Assembly: GCA_028534125.1 (NCBI GenBank)
Contig: CM052817.1
Location: 85,066,001 to 85,130,000, forward strand
Reading direction: 5' to 3'
Origin: Lama glama
Taxonomy: Eukaryota
Length of the DNA: 64,000 nt
Part shown: in pieces, positions 25,881-38,416 of the stretch
How positions within the stretch are numbered: the stretch's first letter is position 1
Layout of the letters: the number at the start of each line of letters is the position of its first letter
The notes under the pieces: generated by a model
What the model was told of the DNA's origin: nothing
The model's input: only the letters and a program-made list of their open reading frames with translations
The model's database searches: none
Made by a program: the position numbers and the translations under genes

Positions 25881-27079
25881 CTGTCATTATTAGTTTGTTT
25901 ATAAAAATGTAAACTCCATGAGGGCGAGATTCTGTTTATTTACTGTTCTAACCAAAGTGCCTAGAATACTGAAGTATATTGGAGATGTTGAAACTTTATC
26001 ACTTTCTTGGAAAACAAAAACTTAATCATATTGTATCGTTTTTAGTACCTTAAGAAATACATTTTTTTAGAATTTTTTTTTTTGGTATAACCAGTACTAT
26101 AAATCTAGAAAATCGTTCACAAAAGACTATGTGGCAAAAACAGAAAAACACAAATCAAATCCTCCATTTCACTCTCTCATAGTAATCAGCCCTCCTCTGC
26201 CCCAGGACACTGTTTACAACACTTCCCTAAAGAGTTTTCATAGCCTTTACTATAGTTTTTCAGAGCCTTTTCCCCTAATTCTACATTATTTCTAATATTG
26301 GAGAGTATCAGAAGCCTAGGCTAATTTTTCCCTTTCCATTAACTTGTCAAACTTGCAGGTGACCAAATGCTTAAAGGTATCACCAGTTCATTCAGTGAAA
26401 GACTTAATAGTCAAAAAAATGTTGCCTGTATTAAAACAGTAAAAATTCAATGTAAATTAAAATTTAAGGTATTATGTTTACAATCAACATTTCAATTGTC
26501 AATCAATGGAATATGCAAGAATTAAAGGTACCATTTGTTAAACTAATGGGAGTACTTAATTGGCTAGTTGGTCTATTATGAAATAATGCAATATGGCATC
26601 CAAAAAATATTGAGAATACTTGCTTTTGGTAGACCAGGTATTCCAATAGAACTTCCTATATCAGAAAACTGGGTCCAAAATAGCACAGTTGTTTGATTCA
26701 ATGTGATTGATGTGCAAGTGTCAGGGAGGTCTCCGTGGACCCTGCAAATTCAAATTCTTCTTCCTCCTTCCCCTCCTCCTTATCATCATCATCTGTGAGC
26801 TTGTGTCTGTGAGCTTGAGTTGAAACAGCGAGTAGTAAGGTGTGGGAAGAAATGGGCTTTCTTGGGAACAGACGCCAAAACCAGTTCTGCATTGGAGCAC
26901 TGGTCCTCAGACAAGCTTTCTGAGCTGAGTTTGGAGCATTTATATGGATCTAGGCCCTTAAATGGGATTGAAGAATTCCAGAACAGAGGCAACTTATGGC
27001 TTCTAGAAGGTGTAAATCTTGTCTAGAAGAAAGTGTTGCCAATTATGTTCCTAAAATCTTAAACATTAAGGACAATAAA

Positions 27080-27780
27080 GATGCTTATTAACAAGATGAC
27101 CAAGCAAATAAGAAGGGAAGTCACCAAAAGTATGCCTGTCAGTAGAAACAATTGACATGGTTAGACATCCCCCCCAACACCTGCATTCCAGACTGCAGAT
27201 ATTGGAATTCTCTGAGACAGACTGTAGAATAGTTACAAATAAAGTTTTTAAAAGGGTAAAATAAAATATATGAATAAATGCCTAGAGAGTATTAAGGATG
27301 ATATGACTAGGCATATTTTAAGAAGAAACAAATCTATCAGAAATAAAAATATAATTGCTAAAAAATGTGGGGGGGCTATAGCTTAATGTAGAGAGCATAC
27401 TTAGCATGCACAAGGTCCTGGGTTCAATCCCCAGTATCTCCATTAAATACATACATACATACACCTAATTACCTCCCCACAAATTTTTTTTTTTAAACTC
27501 AGTGCACAGATTTATAGTGATCCTACATAACTGAATAGAGAACATTTGGGAAACTATATATCCTAAGGAATTATTCAGAATTCAGCCCTGATAGAATAGC
27601 TTATGGATAATAATAGAGAAATTTTAAAAAATACTACAATGAGAAGATCTAATCAGAGTTTCCTAAAGAAAGAATAGAGAAAGTGGAAGAGGGGCAATAC
27701 TTTTAAGAATAAAGACTAGGAATTTTCTGATAAACTGATAAAACACATGAATGCACAGATTTAAGCATTAGAAAAGAAGT
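27080..27780 (+). mobile_element. Ancient L1 ORF1-region relic (interrupted by SINE)
   Basis: CAGATATTGGAATT...ATCAGAAATAAAAATATAAT...GAGAAGATCTAATCAGAGTTTCC...GAATAGAGAAAGTGGAAGAGGGGCAATA; no intact frame. Confidence 0.55.
27369..27482 (+). mobile_element. tRNA-Ala(AGC)-derived camelid-type SINE
   Basis: GGGGGCTATAGCTTAATGTAGAGAGCATACTTAGCATGCACAAGGTCCTGGGTTCAATCCCCAGTATCTCCA (A box, B box GGTTCAATCC) followed by a (TACA)n linker and ACCTAATTACCTCCCC tail. Confidence 0.85.
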
Positions 27781-28059
27781 TTTGTTCACAGGATTGTGGT
27801 GTAAGAAAGTAAGTTCTGGAAATCTGCAATGTGAAATAAACAAAGAAAGTAGCAAATACATTAACCAAGAATAAAATAATAACTTTGTTCAATAATAGAA
27901 AAAATTTTGGTAATGGGCACTAGCCTGAAATTTAGACAAAGAGTTCCCCACCTGAAAAATTTTGGGAGAGACTGTCTATGATATTTTTTGATTGAAAATA
28001 TGATTAGTGGGACTTTGGAGCCCTGACACCGTAAGATAATATAATTGAAGAAAGTTACA

Positions 28060-28720
28060 GGACATCAGCAAGATAGTGGACTAGCTGGATCTTGGTTTTC
28101 CCTCCTCCCACAGATGAACTGACAAAACAGCTACACACAGATCAATTGACTTCAAGAGAAATCCAGAAACTAGTCAAGACACTCCTAAACACCAGGTGAC
28201 TGAGAAAATCCCACATCAAAACCAATAGAAAAAAGTTGAGACAAATTATTCTGTATCTGGGAACTGACAGAGCAGGCAAAGGACTTGTATCTAAAATATA
28301 TGAAGAACCCCTAAATAAGAAAGCAATCTGTAAAAAGTGGACAATAGGTCTGAATAGACACCTCACCAGAGAAGATATGCTAATGGCAAATAAGTGTATA
28401 AAGTGATGCTCAATATCATTTGTCATCAAAGAATAGCAGATTAGAACAATAATGACATACCACTACATATCTATTAGAATGACAAAAATTTAAAAAATTG
28501 ACAACACCACATGCTAGTGAGAATGTGGAGCAAAAGGACTCTCATTCATCATACAGTCATTTTGGAAGACAATATGGTAATTTCTTACAAAGATATAGAC
28601 AGTCTTACCATACAATAGAGCAATTTTATTCCTAGATATTTACCCAATGAGTTTGAAAACTTATACCCACTCAAAAAGATGCAAATGAATTTCTACAGCA
28701 GTTTAATTCATAATCACAAC
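28060..28720 (+). mobile_element. Old L1 pieces: 5'-end-like segment (~28060-28245) abutting an ORF2 3' segment
   Basis: CAGCAAGATAGTGGACTAG...GAGAAATCCAGAAACTAG then CAAAGGACTTGTATCTAAAATATATGAAGAAC...AATAGACACCTCACCAGAGAAGATAT...TACCACTACATATCTATTAGAATGAC; explains antisense ORF 28142..28429. Confidence 0.75.
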
Positions 28721-29026
28721 TTTAAAAAATAAATAGAATTAGATATAACATCTGAAATTAGTAAAATATAGATATTTATCTTGTTAATAGTCATTGGTAA
28801 TTTATATATCCAACTCATTGATGACTGCTCTTATTTTATTGAGCTTTGTTTGATTTCTCTATGATGATCAGGTAAAAATCCAATAAAGAGTGTAGAGTAA
28901 CTGTGGTTCTCTTTTCTTGGTTCTTCCATCACTTGTTTTTGGAGTATTTTCTTCCTAATTTTAGTTTTCAGATATTGTCCTAACTTCAGGATTCAGTTTG
29001 CCATTCATTTCCCACTACTGTTTCTT

Positions 29027-29098
29027 TTTTTTATTTGATTGAAGTATAGCCAACTTATAATGTTGTGTTAATTCCTGGTGTACAGCATAGTGATTGAG

Positions 29099-29144
<46 letters not shown>

Positions 29145-29922
29145 CTTTTAATTTTCTTTTTCTTATAGGCTATTACAAGGTATTGAATATAGTTCCCTGT
29201 GCTATACAGTAGGACCTTATTGTTTATCCATTTTATATGTAGTACTTAGTATCTGCAAATCCCAAACTCCCAGTTTTTCCCTCCACACACCCCTACCCCC
29301 ACCTCCCCTGCAACCATAAGTTTGTTTTCTGTCTGTGAGTCTGTTTCTGTTTGTAAATAAGTTCATTTGTGTAAATTTTTTAGATTCCACATGTAAGTGA
29401 TATCATGTGGTATTTTTCTTTCTCTGTCTGGCTTAGTTCACTTAGTATGATATTCTCCAGGTCCATCCATGTTGCTGCAAATGGCATTATTTTATTATTT
29501 TTTATGGCTGAGCAGTATTCCATAATATATATATATAAATATCACAACAGTCATCTACTGATGGACATTTAGGCTGTTTCCATGTCTTGGCTATTGTAAA
29601 TAGTGCTGCTATGAACACTGGGGTGCATGTATCTTCCCTCTAGATATATGCCCAGAAGTGGGATTGCTGGATCATATCGTAAGTCTATTTTTAGTTTTTT
29701 AAGGAATCTCCATACTGTTTTCCATAATGCCTGCACAAAACTACATTCCAGCTAACAGTGTAGGAGGGTTCTCTTTTCTCCACAGACTCTCCGGCATTAT
29801 TATTTGTGGACTTTTTGTTGCCATTCTGACTAGTGTGAGGTGATAACTCATTGTAGTTTTGATTAGCATTTCTCTGATAATTAGCGATATTGAGCATTTT
29901 TCATGTGCCTATTGACCATTTG
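29027..29922 (-). mobile_element. 5'-truncated L1 (ORF2 C-terminal end + 3' UTR), artiodactyl-type
   Basis: Classic L1 3' sequence (TTAGATTCCACATGTAAGTGATATCAT...CCATGTTGCTGCAAATGGC...); 16-bp TSD CCCACTACT(G/A)TTTCTT at 29011-29026 and 29923-29938; contains (TA)n at ~29100-29142. Confidence 0.92.
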
Positions 29923-30491
29923 CCCACTACTATTTCTTAATAAGGAAGATGTAATGTAGAAAACATCTTTCAAGTGCCCGTATAGGGTCAAATAAAAAGA
30001 TGAAATCTCCATATTATGTAAAGGAGAGGACCACAGATCAAGTTATTTCTACGTACCACAAGGAGGAGCTCACTTAATTACCAGTCTCAGCGAAGATTTC
30101 CCTACTTTATATGCAGGTAAAGCAACATTCTGAAGAGATCAAATAATGTGTTTTTTGCAGCTTGATCCCATGATTTTAAAGCAAGTAAAATTGTATTATA
30201 GTGAAAATTTCACCCAAATACCCTTCACTGCTTAAGTAATGCTAAAGTGGTTCATAACTAGACCAGGTATCTGTTACATAATCATACACAGTGAGCCTAA
30301 GTGTACTCACATTACTATGACTGATTTTGTTGAATGAACTTAAATTTTTATTTAGCAAGAAATATTAATTGATATGTAAGCATTTTTTATTTATTTGTCC
30401 CATCAGTCATTAAAACTAAGTTACTCAATATGTACTATGTAGTAGGCAAAAATTGCAGTAGAAACTATGGATTTAGAATATCTTGTAATTA

Positions 30492-30715
30492 CAGACATAC
30501 CTCAGTATCTGCAGGAAACTGGCTCCAGGAACCACTGCAGATACTCAAATCTTTGGATGCTCAAGCCCCATAGTCAGCCCTCTGGTATCTGTGGTTCTGC
30601 ATCAGTGGATTCAACCAACCACAGATTGTCTAGTACTGTAGTACTAACTGAAAAATGCCACAGAGGTGTAAGTGGACTCTTGCAGTTCCAACCCTTGTTG
30701 CTCAAGGGTAGATGG
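30492..30715. mobile_element. Tigger2-derived MITE (MER8-like)
   Basis: CCTCAGTATCTGCAGGAAACTGGCTCCAGGAACC...GGATGCTCAAG and AAGTGGACTCTTGCAGTTCCAACCCTTGTTGCTCAAGGGT ends; TA on both flanks; explains ORF 30467..30781. Confidence 0.75.
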
Positions 30716-33700
30716 TATATAATTCTCATTTGGAAAATTATTGTTTATATTTTACAATTTGAATTAGAAATTGATCTTTGAAATATTTAAATACATCCAG
30801 CATTTGAGGAAAGTTTTAATATTTTAAAGTTAATCATGCACATTTACTATACTAAATGTCACAAACATAGTGATAAAAAGAACTATTATTAAATAAGTTG
30901 CATCATACATAAATACACAAAACTGGCACATATTAACATTTTTCAGAGAAAAATGAAAAGGAGTGATTTGAATAGTAAATGCTAAATGTCTTGAGGGAGA
31001 AAAAAATGAGAAAGAAAAATAGAGATCAGCTGTGTAGTGGGGCAATAGACTTCTTGATTTTGGCATTTAGGAGTTATTTTAATCTTTTATTCTGACTAAA
31101 TCTCTTGTTGCATCCTGTCCTACTGCATAAAATCAACATTACGCACACACACTTTACCCAGTACCTAACTTAGCTCTCCTGGAAATTCTTAATGTAGTTT
31201 CTATCCTTTATTCTACCATAGATACCCTCAAGTACTGTCTTTGAACCTATATTCCCTTATTGTTATTTTGTTATTTCAGTCAATTTATTTTTCCCATTAT
31301 AGAAGCTATGTCCACCAAATATTTATAGTTTGAAACATATGCAAAAATAGAAAGATAACTCCTGTCTATAAAGTTTTATTCTCCAACACAATCACAACTG
31401 GATTGCTTGACAAATTTAATTGAAATACTTTGTGAGTTTTCTTCCTAGGACCCTTATTTGGGTCTTTGATCTAGATTCATTGCTATATAGTGGTTACTGA
31501 GGCACCATGTAATTCCCCCTTCTGGGACCTAAAACATTTTGCTTTAAATATTTGTTAAACTGCCTGCCTTTGTTCAGCCTTCCACCTCCACCCCAACTCT
31601 GATGAGATTATAGACTCTAAAAAAGCGAAGACTCTGATTCAAATATCACTGTATTCCTAAAATGTAGTAAAGTATTGTGCACATAGTAGGGTTAATAAAT
31701 ATTTGTTCCATATATGAGTCATGATCATAAAAGTGTAATCCTGATTTTGCAATTAACATAATGGCATAAGTATTCCTCCATGTTACATTATTTACTTTTA
31801 AGTATTTTTATGTGTTTCACCATCTGTTCATTGCGTAAAAATCAATTTCAAGATTGTTGGACACTTTGACTTAAGTTTATCACTGCCATAAACCAAGGTT
31901 CTTAGCAGTGCAATCTCCCTCACCAATTCCTACTATTCCTACTACTTGCTTCCTCTTCACTTCTATAAACTACAACTAAATCTGCTTAAAAAAGAAAAAA
32001 AAGACAACAAGGTCCTAATTCAAAAACTAATGAGCATTCAAAGCTAATGAGACAAATCCTAAAACTTCCTCTGTGCTTCTTTATTCCTGTTGGCTTATTT
32101 TTTTAATTTAATGACATCACAGTAAGCATGAAAGTCCTTCTTCCTCCTCTTTAAAAATATGGCCTCTTTTATTCTAGTTAATTTTAAAATTTACTTTATC
32201 ACTCTAATCACTACATTTTACATAAAAGCATTGAAGAGAACATGAAGAAATGTTCTATCTTTAAATCTGTTATTTTAATCAAATCTGGTGATTTATTCAC
32301 TAATATGATTAATATGACCAGCCACAGTATTATGCAAGGTACTGAGGCCCAGATTAGTGAGATGAGCAGACATGTAAACCAAAACTGATTACACACTTCA
32401 AGATCAGGGCTATCAACCAAAATATGGAAAGTATGAAAATATAAGGAGTCTTTATTTTCTGTATGAGGGCTTTCATTTTAGGAAATGATTTAGCAGAGTC
32501 ACTGGTAAGAGAGCTCTCTAAAATGGAGCCGGGAGTCCACTGAAGAAGTGGGACTTATGCAAGTCTCAGCGCAGATAGAACTGGAAATTTTGACCACTTT
32601 TCGTTTTAATACTGACATTCAGAATATTTGTACAGTGTTCCAGAAATTCGGGATATTTATAGGACCTTTGCTCTAAATAACTCATGACAGCCTATCCCTT
32701 AATGACAAATATTTCCTTTTTGCATTAGAGCTGATCATAATTCTTGCAAGACAACTTTAACAACCTGTGACTTTTGCCTTTATTAACTCCTTTATATTTC
32801 TCTTCCCCAGAACACTTTTTCTATTTTACCAGAATCTGTGTTTCCCTAATTGGCAATTCCTAAGACCCCCCAATAAAGCTTTTTTTCTCTTTGCAGCCTT
32901 GATACTGATTATTGTTGGACACAAGCAAGTTAATTTTGTATATTCTAGAAAGGGAAGAATTTGAATTGACAATCAGAAATCTATATTTTAGTATATAGAA
33001 ATATCCAAACTAAGTTACCAAAAATGAAAAACCATCAAGTGTGCAAATCTATATAAGCATTGCCTCTTCACTTATTTTTAAAAAGCTATTTGAAAGCTTA
33101 ATAAATTGCCAAGCAACAGTCAATTACATATCAGGAAGGGACTTCTGTACAGCTCAGAAAGGACTAAAACTTGGTTTGTCATTATTGTCTCTGAAAACAT
33201 GAATCAGTTTAAAACATTTTTTTGTGTGTCCTGGAATGATATCCCTATCAGTTGAGAGTTCTGGGTTTCTATGCAAATATTGTTACCTGAGTATATCAGA
33301 AATTTCCTTTCAGAATCATCTTCAAAGTGGGGACAGATCAAAGTGCAGGGTCCTAGATCAAAACAAGCAATGCCTTTTAAAAAACTCTTATTTTTGCTGT
33401 AGTTCAAAGCAAGTTAATAAATGCTATCTCCTCAACATCATTATAGGGAAGAAAAATTTAACATTGGCCCTCTCATCGGCTTACCTTGAAGTTGAAGAAG
33501 GACTTGTAAAACAGTAGAAAAGTAGGAGACTGTATTGTTTCATGTCCTGAAGAAAACAGAAACAAATGCTTGTGCTATAAAAAGTAATTAAATGTATATA
33601 ATGGAAACCCTTGTACAATCTTTGTCCATACATACCTCTGTCTCAGCTCTTCTCACATTGAACTATGATAACATGCTTACATTTCATTTTATTTACTGTG

Positions 33701-34057
33701 TCATAAACCTCTTAAAGGAAGGGACAATATCTTTTTTATCTTTGTTTCATTAGCACCTACAGCAAATATCTGCCTCACAATAGCTCCTTAATAAGTGTTA
33801 AAAGGAACTGAGGAAAAAAAAGAAAGTCTCTCTGATAACAGAGTGTTTTTGAATAAATGTGTCATGAGAACTTTACCTGGTAATTAATTGTGTCATATGG
33901 AGAACCTGAAAGGATTTGTAAATGGACTGTTCAAATAACATTTACTCTGGGGTATTTTTCCATCCATTTAAGTAATTGCATATATTTTACCTTAGAGTAT
34001 AAAAACAACTCAAAATGCCACTATCACATCAAAGACATAAAACTTCAACTTTTAGTT

Positions 34058-34175
34058 TCCTTTAAAAATGCAGTTGTTTCACCAATATTTAAAAATTCAT
34101 AAATTGAAATTAGACACTCCTTTAAAAATGTAGTCATTTCACCAATATAAAAAAAATCATAAATTGAAATTAGTC
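34058..34175. repeat. 60-bp tandem duplication (2 copies)
   Basis: TCCTTTAAAAATG(C/T)AGT..TTTCACCAATAT..AAAAA.TCATAAATTGAAATTAG repeated at period 60. Confidence 0.92.
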
Positions 34176-35789
34176 ATTTACATGAACTTAAGTGAATTAC
34201 ACAAAGCTCTAAATAAAACAGAAATTCCCATATGAAATGCATTCTATTTTTTACATTTTTTATGAATAAACAAAATAACTGAATTATTGGTATTTCATAT
34301 GGACCAAAGTGAATTCTTAGGCCAGTTGTGTAAAAATCTGTTATGTATTCATGACAGTATCAACATTTAATAAGATTAGAGCAGCAAATAAGCCAAACAT
34401 ATTATACATAGATATGATTTGAAAAATATTCTATAGACTTTTAATAAGGTTTAAAGATTTGATATTTCACAGAATATTGTCTCATGAGATGTCCCTTGGA
34501 AGTGAAAACCTAAACAAGACTAGAACTCAGTGATAAAAGGATTAAGCCCCAAATTGTCATAACTTATTTATTACCCGTCTGATCTGTGAATAACCGAGAG
34601 TTGACATTATAGAATCACAATAGTGTGGAAGTTTCCTCATTGAAATTGTTACCTTGCTTTCTTTCTTGTAGGAATAGAATATAAACCAGTTGAAAGCAGA
34701 TTGTTTGGTCTGAGAATATCATTTCAAATCATAGGTATCTTGTCAGGTATGTATTTAAAATATCAATTCATCATAAATAATGCTTATATTCAGTTAATAT
34801 GTGTCAAAAACAACAAAAATATTTGATTTCCAATGAGAAAAACGCAATTGTAGTTTCCATTTCATAAATAAGTGCATACAAATTTAGAACAGATGAGATG
34901 TCAACTTACTGCCAAGTGTACACTTATGTCTATATCTACATTGATATTGACATATTTCACACCTATATCTACATATTGACATCCACATTTATATCTAGGT
35001 CTGTATCTCACTAGAATTTCCTGCAGCATCATGAGTCTATAGCCATTTTAGCAGTGATCAGCAAAATTTACCTATCTCCTGAATTCATCCATATAATGTA
35101 GGAACTCAGCATTCTGCAAAAATGCCTCAATTTTTTCTGGGATTTTCCACATTGTCTCAAAGGCATGTACAGTCTCTTCATGTTCTCCTACTCAAGCTCT
35201 GCCCTCACTGGTTGTTCTCTGAATAACTGGTTGAAGGCAGTAGCCTTCCTAGACTGTCCATCAGCACCCTCCAGAGGTCAGTGTCTAGCCCAGAGCAAGT
35301 TATTTGTGCTCCCAAATCTACAAAGCCTCAACGAAGGATAAGTTAAATACTGCTACCTAAGAAAATAACTATTGTAAGACTGACACCAAAGCTAACTTGT
35401 CAAAGTATATGAAATACTTACATTTTATTGTATATGATCACTAATTTAAAAGATTTTTAAGTTTATAGTACTCAAGATCAGTTCTAAATCCAGAAATTCG
35501 AGAGAAATTAGGTAGAATGATATGAAAAAGGTCATAGAACCATAGAAATAATGGCTCAGTGAGTGTTGGTAAAATAAAATCGATTTATATCCTCTCCAAA
35601 ATGAAAAGATCTTTAAGAGTCAGGTCTTGTGAAGCTCTTAGGGAAAACTGAAAATGTATTTGTAAGATCTGTAGTTTAAAGTTACTGGGGACTCTGAGGA
35701 GCAAGGGAGAATGTTGGCATATGGGATTGAGCAAAAGACCTTAGATGGTAAACAGGAACTTATTAAGTACCTGCTGTGATGCATTAGTT

Positions 35790-35872
35790 GGAAAATTAGC
35801 TCTATTGATTATGGCATGATGCTAATAAGCCCAAGGCTGAGTGATCTCTGTTGATTTCAGGGTCTGTTAGGT
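35790..35872 (+). mobile_element. tRNA-Ile(AAT)-derived relic (MamSINE1-like head or decayed tRNA pseudogene)
   Basis: TTAGCTCTATTGATTATGGCATGATGCTAATAAGCCCAAGG aligns 32/41 to my recalled tRNA-Ile TTAGCTCAGTTGGTTAGAGCGTGGTGCTAATAACGCCAAGG; B box lost. Confidence 0.55.
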
Positions 35873-36736
35873 GTGCTCTTCAGTGGCCTCTAATTATAAG
35901 AAAGGCTTGGCAAGATATTTACACATGTTACTTGAGCTCAGGGTACAGCGTGATCATGGCAGCTCTATACACCCATTCCTCTGAATGCATATTCTCAAGC
36001 CATGTGCTTTCTACTAGCGATCATAACAACATCAGGATATGTATAGTCATGAACAAAAACAAAAGCACCTCTCTTAACAGTTGTTTTATTTATATTTTCC
36101 TTTGAAGTTAGTATTGGAGAATGTTGTGACATGATTTCAATAAAGCATTTTGGTATTATACATAAGAAGTCATGCAAATGTTCATACACTTTAAGAACCT
36201 TCTGAAAATTTTGCTTGGAAAATAATTTTATAACTAAAGAAGTTGTATAGGTATAAACTTATTTTAGAGTTGTTTATGTCAGGCAAAAATTAAATGCAAG
36301 CTAAATGAAATGTTAAATCATAGAAGAATGCCTTCTTCAGTTTTAGAACATTATTGTATAGACTGTTATGCATGAATAAAATAAAATATAAATATGGCAA
36401 TTGAAGGAGAATATGGGAAAAACTTACGAGACAATGCTAGAAGAAAAAGCATGAAATATTAAGTACATTATGAATACAACTTTTGAATATTGAAATATGA
36501 ATGCAACTATTTGAATACATACACACACATATGTATATGTGCATGCACAGAAACAAACAAACAAAAAATACAAGACCCTAGCTGAGAAAGAGAACAGCTG
36601 AGTTCAAGTGGTGGCATGCAGTATATACTATAGATTAGTGCTAGAAAATGTAGGTTCTGCAGTCACACAGGCATGATTTTAAATTTTGACTCCTCCATTT
36701 ACTAGGGACCATGAGTAAATTACTTCATTATGTATA

Positions 36737-37212
36737 TGAACTTAAAGAAAACCACACAACATGAGTTGTGAGTTTAAGTTTTATTCAGGGTCTTAGTGAG
36801 GCTATAGCCAGGAGATAGCTGCTGAGTAGCTCTGGAGAAACAGCTGTGAAGAGAGAGAGGAGAAGCCAGTTCATATATGATTTTTGGCTAGGAAATATAT
36901 GCAGTCAAGCATGCATTCTTGGTAAAAGATTATTGCTAATCACAAAGAACAGATATCTCAGGTTAATGATTTTAGTACTTTTCTACATATGGGAAGATAC
37001 AAGAATTTGGGGTCATTGAAATTCTTCCTAGGGTATGCATCTAACTATTTAAAGGCCAAAGTACAGAGTGACTTCATCTTGTTTTTCACCCTGAATTCCT
37101 TTCAGACTGCACTGTCCGTGGGCACCTGCAGTGGGTTCTGACTTAACCCTTATAGAACTGTCTGGTGAGCAATACACTTTTTCTTAGAGATCTTAATTTT
37201 TCCATGTCCACA
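36737..37212 (-). mobile_element. ERV1-type solo LTR (MER41-like) inserted in a MIR
   Basis: TG...CA ends, TSD TATA (36733-36736, 37213-37216), AATAAA on minus strand near 36780; homologous to 61441..61903; MIR halves on both sides. Confidence 0.85.
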
Positions 37213-37939
37213 TATACCTAGGTCTGCTCTTCTGTAATTCTGAGATAATATATATTATTAATTCTAAGGAATTATTCTATTAGTAAAGATTATTAATTAT
37301 TATCGTATGAGATAATTCTAGCCTCATAAGGATGTTTGACTCTTGAACAAGATGAGTTATACAAAGGCCCTGATCATACACTGGTACTCCATATATATTT
37401 GTTGTTATTAGAGCAATAATAATAGTACACAGTTATTATTTTTGCCATTAGTGATTTTGTAGTTTTTCAGTTTTCACTCTTTAACTTTAATAATGATATC
37501 AGCAAATATTTAAATATATAGCCCTTGTCAGGCAAGGGTCAAATGCATAGAGGGTAGAATTAAGCAAACCTGAGTTTGAAACAAGCTCTGTAATTCACTA
37601 GTTTTTCAATACTGGGAACGTTACCCATCTTCTCTGTCAGTCCCCTCGTTCATGGATTTGTTGCACTGGTTATGAAGCACTCAGAGATTTTTCAGTAAAT
37701 GGCAATTTTTATACTTCACAATTCCACAAGACAGTTATATGTAAGTTTAACCTTACATACTACTACAGTTGAAGAAAGTATTAGAGAGTCAAGAAGCTAT
37801 CCCAGCCATGCTGTGAATAAGCTGCTGAGTCGGGATTTCAACTTGTATTTTCTGACCTCAAAGGCTATATTCATAATTGGTATAGTATACCGTGGCTGAT
37901 TTTATGGCCAGCCATTGCTATAGCCTCATCAATCTGAAA

Positions 37940-38416
37940 TGTAGGGGAGCAAAATATGGCTACCCAAAATGTCTCTTTAGCATGAGGATTAATTTAGAAT
38001 GATTATTTTTAAGAAACAGAAATAGAGATGTTACCAAAGATATTTGCAAAGAACATGGGCTGGGTGTGACGGGGAAAACTCAGAGAAGCCTAGAGAGCTC
38101 TGTCTCTGCCTGGACAAGCAAACATTTGTTTAGCAAACCCTTGCTTCTCTCTCTCCATGTGCATTGCCTTCCTCCCCTTTGAAGTCTCAAACCACTATGG
38201 CCAATATCTTTTGTCTTTTGCTGAAGATAGTGTTTAAGGTGAGGGTTTGGGCCATTTTAGCAAGTTACTCAGTTTTCTTAGATTGCCACCATGTATACAT
38301 GTCATTTAACATTTTTAAAAAATATTCTCCTGTTATTCTATCTCATGTCAATTTAATTCTAAGACCAGCTAGACGAATACAGAAGGATAGGGGAAGATGT
38401 TTTGTCCTCCCTTACA
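37940..38416 (+). mobile_element. ERV1-type solo LTR (MER39/MER34-like)
   Basis: TGTAGGGGAGCAAAATATGGCTACCCAAAATGTCTCTTTAGCATGAGGATT...TCCTCCCTTACA; TSD GAAA/GAAG; related to the outer LTR 61409..62403 in opposite orientation; explains much of ORF 38164..38607. Confidence 0.8.

Noticed and set aside
27369..27442. Functional tRNA-Ala gene
   Set aside because: D-loop GG lost, stem mismatches and a SINE tail follow; treated as a SINE
29691..29897. ORF with L1 ORF2-like words (GESVEKREPSYTV)
   Set aside because: Frameshifted remnant of a truncated L1, not a gene
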